Shown here one piece after another: positions 12,821 to 27,614 of a DNA stretch of 62,000 nucleotides. Position 1 is the first letter of the stretch, and each line of letters opens with the position of its first letter. Under the pieces are notes generated by a model. It was given only the letters and a program-made list of their open reading frames with translations. It had not been told where the DNA came from and ran no database searches. Location: NCBI GenBank assembly GCA_951406725.2, contig OX597825.1, positions 15,024,001-15,086,000 of the forward strand, written 5' to 3'. Origin of the DNA: Octopus vulgaris. Its lineage: Eukaryota. The translations under genes and the position numbers were made by a program.

Positions 12821-14168
12821 GTGTGTGTGTATAGATATATGTATGTGTATGCATATGTATATATATATGTTTATATGTATATATGTACGTATGTATGCAT
12901 ATACTATTGCCGCTAGGTTTATATTTTCCGTCTGCCACACAGACGGAAATGTTATTAAATTAAGAATTTATTTCACATACAACATTCAGTACATTCTCCT
13001 TTAACTCAATTATGCAAATTAATGCTACTGGTTTATTTGAGTTATCTCACTATTATCTCTTGCTCTCTGTCTCTCCTTCTTTATCTTTCTGTCTCTCACA
13101 CGAAATGTCTCTCTTTGTCTGTCTGTCGGTCACTGTCTCTTCTGTCATTTTCCGTATGTTTTCGTCTTTTGAACAATGGATGTAAATTTCTTGTGAACTG
13201 TGTTATTCCTTGGTTGTTTTTTTTTTTCTCGGGAAGAGTGGATAGCAAGTAAAACGAAACCTAACTGCTGTTCTTACAATACTCAAGGCTATATTTAATT
13301 CCATTGCTTTCTTATACTGCGATTTAAGTATTTATATATAGTTTGAGCAAACAACTTTAGAATAAATTGAACATCATTGCTGAATTGCCATTTTTATGCA
13401 CACGACGTTATCCCTTTTGACAACCTGTTGTATCTCAATGTTTATTGATCTCGGAGCTAACTATATGATTAATTAAATTAGATAACCGTTGGAAAATGCA
13501 TTTTCGTCGTTTGATTGATATTCATTTATAGCATAGAATATATCAATAGATGTGAAGGAAAGGAAGTATATGGTATTACCATAGCCATTTTACTTGGTTC
13601 TATTACATCATCTTACGTGAATTCAGATAATAAAATCCATCTGAAAAGCGAGTTTAGGAAAATACATTTTTCATGAGTCCCGTCTTGCATTAATAATTTC
13701 CATTAAGTTTCCCCAGTTGTCTTAAGCTTGTATTTCTTCTATCACTAGTTTATATATATATTTGAATGACAAGAATGCATCAAAATACTCCACGCTGCTT
13801 GTTAATAGTATTGATATGCTCGTACATTTCTGACAGCAATTATATAGTTACATACTAAATTAAATGAAAATATGGATATGAAGGTTTTGTAGCTGCCAAA
13901 GTAAATAACGCGCTTAAAAACGGTATGGCATAGATTGATATATCATGCCCATATGAGGGCTTCCATTCCAACAAACTTATTCCTTTATGACATCAATAAA
14001 CGAAATAAAATTTTGTGGAAATGTGCTAATAGACATCTTGGTCTCATTGGCATTGGCAATAAGGTTAAGGAAATGTGCAACATCATGCGTTATCTTGTGA
14101 TAATATAAATACATACATCTTACTATCAGTTGAGTAACTTCGTGAGAATCGGAACATCGCTATGTCAG

Positions 14169-14245
<77 letters not shown>

Positions 14246-15814
14246 CTGGCTGTTGGGAAAACACACGATCTTCTATATATTCTGGTTAACTAATGCAATA
14301 TTATGCTTGATAATAAAAGTAACAAGCTAAAACCAATCACGTATTGGCAAAATATTGCCATGAATTCATTGTTTTAATTTCTACCTATGATGAAACGAGA
14401 GAAGGAAATATTTTTTTGTCGAATAGCACAATGGTATGGTTGTATGTAAGGACAGTTTTAATAACAGATTATGAAGGATTGTATCTTATCAAGTGATAAA
14501 ATACACATATCGGCTTTCAAATCGAGGGTTCTCTTGAGATATGGTGCTCTTCTCTAGGATATAATGTATGAAAGCCACTTGGGATAGCATTGAGATCTAA
14601 AGGAATGATAGTTCCCAAGCGCTCTGATATAAATTCAGGTTTATCTTCAAATGTAGAATGAAGATGTATATTCCATTGTGCAATGAAATATCAGAAACAT
14701 ACTAGGAGGGAAACCTTTTAGGGACACATCGTAGAAATCTCTATCTATAATCAGTGGAAATGTGATGTTAACTCTAACAGACAGTGTGCAGATTAAGTGA
14801 AATTGAAAGGTTCAATTCACAGGTACGAACAAAAAGTGACTTTTGTTTTATCCAGCTAAACCATAATGCTTTTAATATGTTCAGCAATATATAAATTGCA
14901 TTATCTCTTATCAGTGATCCAGCCAAAACACATAAGAAATTTATGCTAAACATTCCCTACGTCCGATACTTATTGCTTGATATCGGAGTCTTATTAAACA
15001 AGCACCTATTGAATATTAAATAACAAAATATGCTGTTTTGAAGATGCTTGATAATTTTCTATGGAGAGCCATGTACACAATAAATATAAATCATATGAAT
15101 GAAAATTATAGGGATTAGATTATTAATCATAATTGCACATGAGAAAATAAATACTAAAAGGTTTAGCATTCATATACATCTTACAAAGTATAAGCAAATA
15201 ATCTATTTTCTAATATCGAAAATTTTATATTCTGTGTTCTTGAATGACGCTTATGGAAATTACATCTTACTAAGCTATAGATCTATGTGAAGGAGTGTAA
15301 ATACATCGCAATAATGAAGTTGTTAGTCAGTAATAAGAAATAGTTTAAGCCACAAACTTGTTGATATTTCGATAGGAAGAAGAGAGCTTGGCATAAAGAT
15401 CCATTGTGCATCATTGAGTGTAGAAAACTCGCGTAAATGAGAAAATGTGCGTGTCAATATTGATGATTAAATAATCAACTGATCAACAGGAAACTAATAA
15501 AATGCTTGAAACCACCTAACATAATCAACCAAGGATGTATAATCTGATAATTAACCATTATTATAGGAAGATGAAGACCTACGTAGAGCTAAACAGGATA
15601 TGATTATAACCTTTAGGGCTGAAACAACTTATTATATTCCAAAAAGGAATTAATACCTTCTATGTTTTATGTGAAAGAAAGTTATAAATATATAGCGTAC
15701 GTTAGGTGTCTCGGCTGTAGATTTTTCCGTTTTCATTAGATATAAATATATCGACAATTAATTTTCGTGCACCTTACTGTCTGCGTTTAATAAGTAACTG
15801 ATACTATCTCTCTA

Positions 15815-15815
15815 C

Positions 15816-15865
<50 letters not shown>

Positions 15866-15870
15866 CTGTC

Positions 15871-15901
<31 letters not shown>

Positions 15902-16096
15902 CTATCTACCTTTATATCTATCTATTTATCTATCTACCTCCCTATCTATCTATCTATCTATATATTTATCTATCTATATATTTATCTATCTATATATCTA
16001 TCTATCTATCTATCTATATATCTACCTCCCTATCTATTTATCTATCTATATATCTATCTATCTATCTATCTGTCTGTCTATCTATTCATCTATCTG

Positions 16097-16141
<45 letters not shown>

Positions 16142-16150
16142 TTATCTATC
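15815..16150. repeat. Interrupted (TCTA)n microsatellite
   Basis: Read directly from the sequence. Confidence 0.95.
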
Positions 16151-16396
16151 TAATAATCCGTCTAGCATTAAACTATTTCACGCATACACTTGCACAGACA
16201 AGCCAAATACAAACTAGTATATAATTAAAATTATATGCTCCAAATAAACTAGTTATTGTGATATTTTTTTATGATGCAAATCAGACATGAACAACCTACA
16301 ATGAGAATTGATGAGAAAAAAATCTAGAATTTATTTCCAGCAACATTATCAATATGGTCTACAATTCTTCAATAATATCACATTTAAAACGCAACG

Positions 16397-16600
16397 TTCT
16401 GGCAGAATCGTTAGCACGCCGGGCAGAATGCTTAGCAGCATTTCGTCCGTCTTTGCATTCTGAGCTCAAATTCCGTCGAGGTCTGCTTTGCCTTTTATCC
16501 GTTCGGGATCGATAAAACAAGTCCGAAGTTCAGCACTTGGGTCGATGTAATCGATTCACCCTCTCCCCGATCTTGCTGGCCTTGCGACAAAATTTGAAAT
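16397..16600 (+). mobile_element. SINE family B with tail type ii
   Basis: CTGGCAGAATCGTTAGCACGCCGGGC head, GAGGTCTGCTTTGCCTTTTATCCGTTCGGGATCGATAAA core, tail GGCCTTGCGACAAAATTTGAAA. Confidence 0.85.
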
Positions 16601-18100
16601 CTATGTCACATTAATACAATTATCAAATTCTGGGCGAAGGTAGATCATATTTGATTGTCCACTGGCCTTGCAGATCAGGTACAAAACGAACGCAGATTTA
16701 CGATTAGAATTATAGTATGGATTTTATGTCGGATTAATAGTTAATAGATTGAAAAGTTTCTATTTAAAATGGAGATCTATTTTCCTCAAATACCATAAAT
16801 TACAAATAAATAAGCCTTCGGAGTTTCTATAAAAGATGAGGTCATCAGGTGCATAATTGGTATTCACTTCACGCATACACAAACAGAAAATAGGATCACA
16901 CAAGTATACACACCCTCACGTTAAACGCACATAGCATATAGGCACACAACAGCTTCGCATACGCCGGTGCACATACACATACTCATGTGTAATGGCTTCA
17001 AACTCATATACACCAGATAGCCTCACTTACAGATACACACGTCAATACACACGTATGCTCATACATAAACACAGAGCATATACACACACATACACGAAGG
17101 CACGCGCGCGTTTACACTTGCACATGCCCGCACACACACATTAGCTTCATGCCTGCCCAGGTGTTTCAACCCGCTCCTTCTCTCTCACTCTCTCATACAT
17201 GCATACACACACATAGACGAATTCAACGTTGGCTTCCTTGCCATCCACTCCTCAAGCCAACCACTTCCTATTCCGGTCATTTGAATACGCGGTCGCCATC
17301 CGATAGAAAAGCATATTTCTTTTCTCTCTTGTTTTCTCTCTTCAGCTACCTTTTCTTTTGCCGAAACCTAATACACCCTCGTTTCTGTTTATTATTTTTT
17401 TTACTTCATCTCGTTTTCTTTTTATCTACCTTATAGTTGTCAATACAACCAGTGATAATTAAGAGGAAATATTTTCACAAGACCGTTGTTAGCCATTGAA
17501 TTTATGAAAGGAAAGTTTATATGCTATCTATCATGGTGTGAGAGTCAAGTAGACTCTCTGAGTTTCTTTGTTCTGATGAAAGAATTTACGACATAAATAG
17601 CCAAGCTGTAGATCTTTGTTCAGTAGTTTTATCATTAACCATTCCATTGTCTGTGTACCCTGCACTCTAGAAATTGCTAAGTTTGAAAGAACATTCTGAC
17701 AATTGACACAGTATTAAGGCCTTTCTTGTGTAAATATTAGCATATTTAAACACAGCTCACAAGACATTATACTATAGCGTACGATAAATCCTGAAATAAG
17801 TGAAACAATTTCACTGATTTGTAAATGGTAGGGAACGTATGAATATTAGAGATAGTGGATTTAAGAAAACAATATTGATGGAACTATTGTATTGAGGTCC
17901 TCTTTACGATCTCTTTGCAATCTCTACTAAATACGCAACGCATACATCCTGCGTCATGGTGATCCATCGTAATTTCTCACAATAAACGTAGCGCATACAA
18001 TTGCTGTGTGCTAAATTGTACAACGTTCAACATAATTATTATGGTGATATGGGAGACAGAAAATATCAGGTATATATACACATGCAGCCGCAGTTTAAAG

Positions 18101-19520
18101 ATGCTTCAGTAACCTACACCCAGAACAGCTTAGGAGGGCAATGTAGGATTTCTCGTTTCTCTGTGAATCGATTTTGCACACAATGGCAACGCCCTTGTTA
18201 TATTTTCATTATTCTGTGTAAGATCCTGTCTTTTTTTACCTGTGATTCTTCAGTTTTTGGGTGAATCACGCTAATAGCCTCTCTTCTCCCTAAGAACAAT
18301 GAGGAGTGGAAAAGGCGTTAACGACGAAGAAAGGTCTGTCATCACCAAGAAAAGTGCTAAAAGTACTTGCCTTCATGTCATTGCGGAAAAATTAGTTCGT
18401 CATGTGGACACGGTTAGAAATTCTTGAAGGATTCTTCGACGAGGAAGAACCGGTCCGATTAATGGACCTAGAAGTCTATGATAGCTAGCCATTTAAGAAT
18501 TATTGGGTGCAATTTATGTGGGAAAACTGGACAAACAAGCGAAGACATTTTCCCCGACTCCAGACTTCCTCATGCACCGAAAACCACCAGAAATCGTATC
18601 TTCGAGACCCTTGACTGACATAACGGTGGGCCAAGCGGTTGGGTCAATTTTGTAGATGGATGTCACCAACGTTTACGATGTCAACTACAGGGTAGAGGAG
18701 GTATGTTGTAGGCTGGTATCATTGGAGACTGACTTGTTGACCCAATCAGGGTGCCCGAAGGAGTTAAAGAGACCGCTGCCGCCTTCTGCAATCTCCTGAA
18801 TGAGGTATTGGTTCCCTGGCCAGATGACATACCGCTGTTACTTCTAAGGAATCTCGTATTCATGCATAACAACGCTACCTCTCACTCATGTAGGACCATC
18901 CAAACTTTACAACAGCTTTAAGACATACAAGGTGGAAGGCTGATGGTGTGGCCGCCAGCTCGCCGGACCTCAACCCAATCGAAAAATTTTGTTCCATAAC
19001 TAAACAAGCTGTATATGCCTACGGACGCCAATTTACGTCGAAAAATGATTTATTGGTGACCATCAAAGCTGCAGCAGAAGCAGGCCAACCTGCTACTATT
19101 ATGAAATTGACAGAGTCCATGACCAACAGGGACTATTTAAGTTATCAGATGAAATGGCGCACATGTGGCTAAATAATTCATTATGTCGATAAATGTTATA
19201 ACATTATTACGTGTTTCTGTTAAATATATACTTATTGTATGCTTAATATGTATCATTGACTTTCATTATCTGAAAATCAATACGTCTAGATATGGGTTAT
19301 TTTCATTCAAAAGCTATTAGCGCGATTCACCCATAAACTGAAGAATCTGAAATAAAAAAGAAAGGACGTTACACAGAATAATGAATGCATAACAACGGCG
19401 TTCACGTAGTGTGCAAGCCAGCTGGGAAAAGTTTTATCAACGTAGATTCTCAGAAAATCGAGGAATCCTAAATTTTGCTCCTAATCTATTAGCGGGATTC
19501 TGGGTGCGTTTGTTGAAGTA
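18101..19520 (+). mobile_element. Decayed Tc1-like DD37E (TRT-type) element with long (~180-200 bp) TIRs
   Basis: 18101-18278 is a diverged inverted copy of 19313-19520 (e.g. TTCATTATTCTGTGTAA and GGGTGAATCACGCTAATAGC); a transposase remnant lies between them. Confidence 0.8.
18305..19173 (+). pseudogene. Tc1-like transposase pseudogene, DD37E spacing
   Basis: LVFMH(N)NATSH...RLMVWPP-SPDLNPIE...KQAVYAYGRQFTSKNDL; 37 residues between the catalytic D position and E after repairing one frameshift. Stops and an internal deletion are present. Confidence 0.8.
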
Positions 19521-20972
19521 CTAATGGAAGAAATAGCCTTTAAATAAACATATAGCAAGTTTTTTTTATCTTAATTACAGGGAATATCCCCTCCAGGTAT
19601 TTTATCAACTGCCTTATCAAACATCTAAAGACTGCATAGACCAAACTTGAATGATTTCTTATTTCAGAGTTCTTCCTGGTAATCTTCTGCTGTTTTTGGA
19701 TAAGTATTAATTTTGCTTTCTATATGTAGTTAAAATTTTAATTTGCAGCATTTTTTTTAACGATATTTGTACTTTTTCTATGTTGTGATATTTCAGCCCT
19801 GTACTTTCTGATGGACGTGTTGTGAATGTATTTATTTCATTAACAAGTTCATGACTTATAACGTGGCAAATTTTATTTATGAGAAAATTTATGAATTTAT
19901 GATGTCATTTTCTTTTTAGCAAACACTTGCTGAGGGTAGAAGCAATCAATTATGTTTACCTTTTATCCTTCTACCTCGCTAATATACATAAAATGTCTTT
20001 CGTCTCAATCTGCCTCTTTATTTCTGTTCACTCCTTCCATATTTTCCTCTTCCTCCTTCCTCATATTCTGATTTCCTTCTTTCTACAATTCCCTTTTTTT
20101 TTGTCCATCTATCAATCTTGTTTTATCTGGTCTTGCTACATTTCATCAGTTTCCATACTGGTTAATAGAAAACGTCCAGCGTGGCCCCTGAGCCATCGAT
20201 CATGAGCTGATTTTTTTTAATACTTGGCTTAGTGGAATGCACAATATTCTATAATCTTTGTCGACATGTTTAGCGAAAATAACTATCGCTCTTGGGAAGC
20301 GATTCCGCAGAATCCGTGTCTGATCTAAACGAATAGGGTTGTGCAAAACTACAGATATAATCTTTTACTTTTCTTTTTGTCATATGATCGATACAAAACA
20401 CTATTAATCTCTATTTTATATATTGCATTATACTTTTCATTACAAATTAAGCGTAACAGATTACATTAGACGTTTCCATAACCATTATACCTGTGTAATA
20501 AGCGACTAGATTTTCCAGAAGTGCATTATACATTGCATAAAATTGCGTGATTTATGTTAGTGTCTTCTACACACAAAAGCATCGTGCATGCCATAATTTA
20601 TGACAAAGGGAATACACCAAAAAAAACGGTCCTCCACCATCCATTTTATCAGCACATAAGAAGCTATACAACTTTAGATGTATGAAGTCAAAGCCCTACA
20701 TCTACCTGACAACCTTTAGACACGGATCAGTATGTTAAATTACGAGCAAAGGGAACTGCGCAGTGACATTTATAACTGCAATGTTCTGATAATAACGCAG
20801 ATCACAATGTCATAAATTCTAAAAGATCTCAATATAATTCAAAGAGAACCTGGGTAAGATTAAAACGGATCTTCTGAAATCAATATCAAAGACGAGACCA
20901 TTCACATGTCCACTGCAGATTACATTTGACATAAAAAATCTATAGGTATAATACACACACACGCACACACAC

Positions 20973-21142
<170 letters not shown>

Positions 21143-22576
21143 AAGTGAATATATTTGCCGTTGACACTAATCATCAAAGAAAAAGACCGAATTCAACTCC
21201 AGTCTGATCTATATGCTGTGAGTCATTGGGCAGACAAAAACTAAATGCAACTGAATGAGAGAAAATCTGAGCTGATGCATTTGCGGAAGAAAGTCTATAC
21301 TAAAACAGCCATATTCTTTATATGTACTTATATATTCACAATTTTTCATATAAATTATTGCTGACCATCTATACAAACAGTCCGCTCGCCCATTTACGCA
21401 CACATTTACCTCACCAACTAACGAGAATAATATTCTTATTAGATTGCAATGACATATAACAATAGGAATTTTCAAGTTAACGTTTAATACCAAATTTAAA
21501 GATTCATAATCAAAGCAAACGTTCTTTCAAAATTTTACACATCAAAGATACAGAAGAACCGGAGGAAATACGCACATGCATAGATGCACACTCACACACA
21601 CACACTCACAAACACAAAGGAGTATTTAATAAATCAATATATACACACAATACCTTCTACAATACGATATACAATAGAAGAGCTGCATTGGTTTATATAT
21701 TCGATGGTGATATCAATATTTACAAAGAAATGCAGGAATCTACCGAACCATACTGAAAATCCGAGAAGAAATCAAACGTGGTTGGTTTACATCTTGATAA
21801 TTAAAATTAAAATTTAAAAATAGAAAATCCTACAGTCTAGGATTTTCGGATCATATACATGTATAAAAAGTTCAGATTACTTTTTTTCTTAACATTTGAG
21901 AGCCATTGAATTTTGGCCCTTATGCTAAGGTATCAAAAAGATTTTACCTCTTCATTTTGTTTTCTTTTTGGTTTCAACGTGAATTGTTTTGGATTTGACT
22001 CTTCTGGAATAGCGTACCTATCTTCTTTAAGACAAAATTTTTTTTCAGGGGAAAAAGTATTTTTGTACGACAATCAAGCATATGCTGTCTATTTCTCTTG
22101 AGAGAATAATGGAACATTGATTTATATTTGGAAATATGGTTTCTCTTCATATATCTACCAATCTGTAACAGATTATGTTTTGTGATTTCGTGAACAAAAT
22201 ATCACATTTTAGAAAACCTTTGACTTCAGCTTTCTAGCACAAATCTACTGAACTGCAACATAAACAACACTGAAATGCTCTTCGTTGCATTATTTACATA
22301 TTTCAGTGGATGAAAACTGATAAACATTTCTACCCTTCCAATTATTGAGATTGATCTATTTTCTATGTAGAAGAATATATCAAAATCAAGTTCCCTCTAC
22401 CTTGGTTTGAATAAATTTAAGTTTTAAATTAGTTTTTAAGGATAAACAGAAGATTAGTTATAATAATATCTGTGATGGAAATAAATATTTCGTAAGCCTA
22501 AGGGAAGGATTAAGTCTTGTAAACTTTTAGTAAAGGTTTCCACAGAAAACGACATAATCACACTAATATCTAAATA

Positions 22577-23136
22577 TTAGGTTGTCCGGAAAGTTAGTGC
22601 CGATATCTAAAGGAAAGAAAAAGATCAATAGATACTTGCCATTACATTTTTAATCAACCAAATATGAATCATTTTGTTGTACAATGCGTCGCATCTTTCC
22701 TTTAACTTGAAAATACTCTCTTCCCAGAATTGAGGTGATTTCATGGCAAAGAATTCCTCAATGTATCTTTTTACGTCATCCAAGGAATTGAAATTTTTAC
22801 CATTAAGACTGCAGACACCTGAATAAGTGGGAATCCGAAGGAGCAATATCTGGTGAATATGGAGGATAGGGTAACACATCCCAACCGAGCTGCAGCAATT
22901 TTCTTCTGGTTCCCAAAGCATCAAGTGCCGAAAATGAACTTTCTTATCTTCCATTTTAAAGGGTTACAGAATTAACACAGGTTATAGGAACATAAACCTT
23001 CTTCCAGGAAAAGATAGCTTAAACTGTGCTCTAAACGGAGGTGTAGTCAAATCCTATTTTATGGACTCAACCATGTTCTAAAATAAGTCGAAAGCTAAGC
23101 TACTATAAATCGGCACGAACTTTCCGGACAACCCAA
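22577..23136 (-). mobile_element. Internally deleted mariner (~560 bp)
   Basis: TA-flanked TIRs TTAGGTTGTCCGGAAAGTTAGTGCCGAT and TTGGGTTGTCCGGAAAGTTCGTGCCGAT; the N-terminus MEDKKVHFRHLML is fused to C-terminal PYSPDIAP...LNGKNFNSLDDVKRYIEEFF. Confidence 0.92.
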
Positions 23137-24744
23137 TATTATATAAACTGATGGGCAACTGAAAAATGATCTGCGATGCTTATATCAACTAAGCATATAT
23201 TCAATATATTCTACTGCGTGATATTCAAACGTGTGTCTAGCACATAACTGTATATACATACATCATCGATCCAGCCATAAACACAGCGGGAAAATGTGTT
23301 CGAGAGAAATTAGCAAATAGCTAAATGAAGAAAAAAAAAAAGAAAAAAATACAAATTTCAGCGAGACGATTTATAAATATATAAAAAGAATAGCATCCAA
23401 AGAATAAAGAACGAGACATAAATTAAAATTACAATGAGTGCTTCTTTGAACATGGATTCCTGTATATTACCGCCATGTACAAAAAAAAAAAATGATGTAT
23501 ACACATGTCGCCATCATCAGCAGGGAATATAGTAAACAGTATGAGAAGGTTCCTGACTTTTATACCAGCTTCCATTATTTTAATTGTTTAATCCACAAGA
23601 ATCACTGAGTCTAGTCGAAAATTTGAAAAGATGCAAATACCTGTTATGTGTAAAAATCGATATATTTGAATAATCAATATATTAGAATATTCAGTTCATT
23701 TGAATATGTGTGAAATCAATATATTTGAATAAAATTAATAATTAGATTCAGAAGAGGAATATCATGATAATATCAGCGATTCTAATAATATATCGAAGAC
23801 AAGAGAACTTTTTTAAATTCTTGCAAAAGATTAGCAAAGCGCTCATTTTAATAGAAACGAAAATCGAATTACTAGTCGATAATATATATTAACTTTAACC
23901 GAATGACATTGGGGTCAGTATTAGAAGTCACATACATAAACGTATATTTAAATGTATGCCATATATCCATGGAAAAAATATTTGAGATATGAACTTCATG
24001 TTCTTTTCTTTGGTAGGTTTCCCCCTGTCCAGTAAAGCTAGATATATGAATATGCTATTGAGTTGATATTCATTTTTATCCTTCATTGAACTTTTGTTAA
24101 ACTTTTACTCTATGTCTATGAAATATATTTTCATATCACAAGTATCATACGTTTTTTTCTCTGTATTTAATTATTAACGTCTGCTTTTGGTGTCAGACAA
24201 TTTTTCCATTGTAGGATTTTCTCCTAACAGAAATAGATTCGTGAAGTTTTACAAATTGTGTGAGCACAGGTGTATATGAAAGCCAGTAACATTTTTATAG
24301 TGTTCATTCTATAAACTAAGGATGAATCAGAGTTAGCTACGTTCGTGTAATTTTATATACTATTTCCTCACTAAAATAATTATGTCCACAGAATAAATAT
24401 ATGAAATCTGTGTTTGTATCAGATAATATACCTTAACACTTTCTGCGATCCTTCTCGTTTAATTTGTTTTTATACATTTAAAAGTATCACTCTTATAGTT
24501 GATTTTTTTTGCATGTCATTGAGTTGAGAGATAAATATTCTTGTTGTCGAGGAATCTTCTCATCAGTAATATACTTTCTATCTTCTGAATTTATTTAGTA
24601 ATGTTTATTTCTGTACGAACACTTTCAAATATAATTTTTCAAATGCAAATATATTTTTTCAAATACTTCAGTTTTTCGAATCATTAGTTATTTTCGTTTA
24701 CGTTTATGCATAAAAGAAAGGAATAATATTTGAAAAAGACTTAC

Positions 24745-24856
24745 CTGCATCAGAAAGATATTTGTTCAATTTGAAACTCAAAGTGCTGGTACAGATACTC
24801 GCAGTGCATTTCGTCTGATTTGGATTTCCACCAATCCATAGCAGTGGAGTATTCTT
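24745..24856 (-). CDS. Candidate isolated internal exon (112 nt) of an unidentified host gene
   Basis: Pyrimidine tract plus AAACAG acceptor, CAG|GTAAGT donor, and a single open frame KNTPLLWIGGNPNQTKCTASICTSTLSFKLNKYLSDA. No homology recognised. Confidence 0.35.
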
Positions 24857-25620
24857 CTGTTTATAGGCCACGGAAGAACGAAGAATGTATAGTGAGAAAT
24901 CTTAGTGTATAAAATTGTATTAAACGGAATCGCATAGGAAAGATACACCTCTGCTCTGAATTATAGGCACGTAATTCTAACGGAAAAATATACACGCATT
25001 ATGTAAGAGCTGACGTCGTTCATTTATCATTTTGACACCATCTTTAATCAACAGGATTATCATAATAGGGCCTACTTACCAATCAGTTTTATTTTTGCTT
25101 TTTGCATGTTTTCTTTTTGATTTTTAATTTTTTTTCGGAAAGAGAGTTGAATGATATTTCATGGAATATAATTGACAGGATTTTAAACAGTATGAATTGT
25201 TTAAAGGGACTGTCTTTTCATTTACAAGCGATTGGCACAATGTTTCTAAGCATTCCACAATCCATAGTCTACTATATAGTGATAGAATACCTATCAAGCG
25301 AGTGGCCCCGTTTTAGATGTAAAACAGGATGTCGTTGAACATAGAAACAACACCGTCCCGGGAAAAGGAGCGCCACGTCATTGCTGTCATTATTTCAATG
25401 CTGGACAATATGAACAGCCTAATGCGGGCACAAAACAGAATGGCATAATATTGCCAGCGCAGCTGTGAAGCACAAAAGCTCATTTTGCAAGCCGCTGACA
25501 TGGGTGTGCTTACAAACACGGGTTCCAGGGCTCAATCCTACTACGCGGCACTTTAAAATACTAGTACTATGAACCCAGATCGACAAATAATTATGACTGA
25601 AAGTCGTAACAGGGACATTG

Positions 25621-25672
<52 letters not shown>

Positions 25673-25681
25673 TATAAATAT

Positions 25682-25682
25682 A

Positions 25683-25780
<98 letters not shown>
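25682..25780. repeat. (GATA)n microsatellite
   Basis: Read directly from the sequence. Confidence 0.95.
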
Positions 25781-27109
25781 GTCATTGTGTCAGTCGTTGC
25801 CCACAAAGTTTGACAACAGGTACCGGTTGGTTTACTTACCCTTTGTTAAAAAGGAAGGATAGATATGTACCAGAGTTTTTTAAAAATATATTTTAGGGTT
25901 AATTGTTCGGACCACATACCTGGAACGGGACTGCAGTTTAATGGCTGAAACAAGGAAAACGTACAGCAGACATTGAAAAGAATATATAGCAAAAAATTAA
26001 AGCTACATGTTCTTTTCGAATTTAAAGGCACTGCAGAAAGTAGTCTTGATGTATTCATCTGACAGTTAACTAAATACATAGAGTTATTGGACTGGAAATT
26101 AGAACATCCGTTATATATGCTACAGGAGAGCAACAGACCGGGATATTCAAAGAATCGTGCAGTATCTGACGTCATACGTCAACCTGATTATCAACTGAAA
26201 ACTGAATTAATATTTGCAGGAGATTTGTTCGCAAGAATATGTTTAATACTTTTTATAGATATATTTTAATCATAACATCATATATGTATTTTATTCAGAG
26301 CACGAGTGTGAGCTATATACACATTTATATATTTTGGGGAATAGCTAGAAAATGCGCTGTGCTGCACTGCACTGGAAGAAAAAAAATACAATAACATTTT
26401 ATATGTTTCTTTAAAAATAATGGTATAATCGAAAATATTTTGGATTACGTTCTCCAAAACATGGAGAAAATGACTATAGAAAAAACTATAGAAAATTCTT
26501 ATAAAAATTCCTGACAAACTCTTGCTTTGCATTTATATTTCGGCATCACATGACAATACAATAACGAAATGCTGCCATCATATAACATTGCTTAATAGAA
26601 GCTTGCCAAATAAAATAACTGTTTTGTTCTCTCAACCTGCCATGTCAATTTTATTATGCATAAATCAGTCTTCTTTTATGGAACATTCGTTTACATAATG
26701 TTCATAAAATGGTAGAACGAAGCTAGCTGGAATTTATTCCATCTATTTTGGAATCATGAATCAATTACGGAAATAAGACTTGCAGAACAGAATTGTTCTC
26801 ACCACTGATTTTTAATATTAGATAACTTGTGACATTTATGTAGTTTACAATACTTGTTCGCGTTACACTATCAGCATGGAAATTAAGATTAGGTTAAATT
26901 GTCAGGAAAGTTAACTGTAAATATGGAAATGTAGTAAGATATATATGTGCGTTTGTGAGAGAGAGAGAGAAAGAATGAAAGTGTTTGATTGCGTGTGTGT
27001 ATAAGACGTTGTACACAAAATATGGACATATATATTTATAATTATGTATGTATGTAAGTGTGCACGTGTTTATACATACACACATGTATCTATCTATCTA
27101 TCCATATAT

Positions 27110-27163
<54 letters not shown>

Positions 27164-27415
27164 GTATATATGTGTGTGTGTATGTACTTAGTTGTTCCGT
27201 TTAGGTAAAATCAACAAACGAAGTTTTCCGACTCTCCAACCAGTAAGAGATAAATTTCATTTAATGTATCCAGTGTAAATATGAGATTTACAAATAGTCT
27301 CTTGCTGTGGAAACACGTGTCTAAGCAGTTTTTTTATAACAAACATTGCGTCGCTAAGCAGAAATTAGGCAGTGTAAATAAAATTATATATACATGTCTA
27401 TAATTATATAGCAGA

Positions 27416-27458
<43 letters not shown>

Positions 27459-27521
27459 TATATAAATCTATATATATACACATATATATATATATATACA
27501 CACAATATATAAATCTATATA

Positions 27522-27614
<93 letters not shown>

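Noticed and set aside
19590-19675. Pair of plus-strand micro-exons (16 and 11 nt)
   Set aside because: AG/GT pairs this short arise often by chance in AT-rich DNA; no supporting evidence.
25310-25520. GC-richer block open in several frames
   Set aside because: No recognisable motif or paired splice sites; composition explains the open frames.
25846-26175. 109-aa Cys-containing ORF as a gene
   Set aside because: No recognisable domain, and it runs through AT-rich intron-like sequence.
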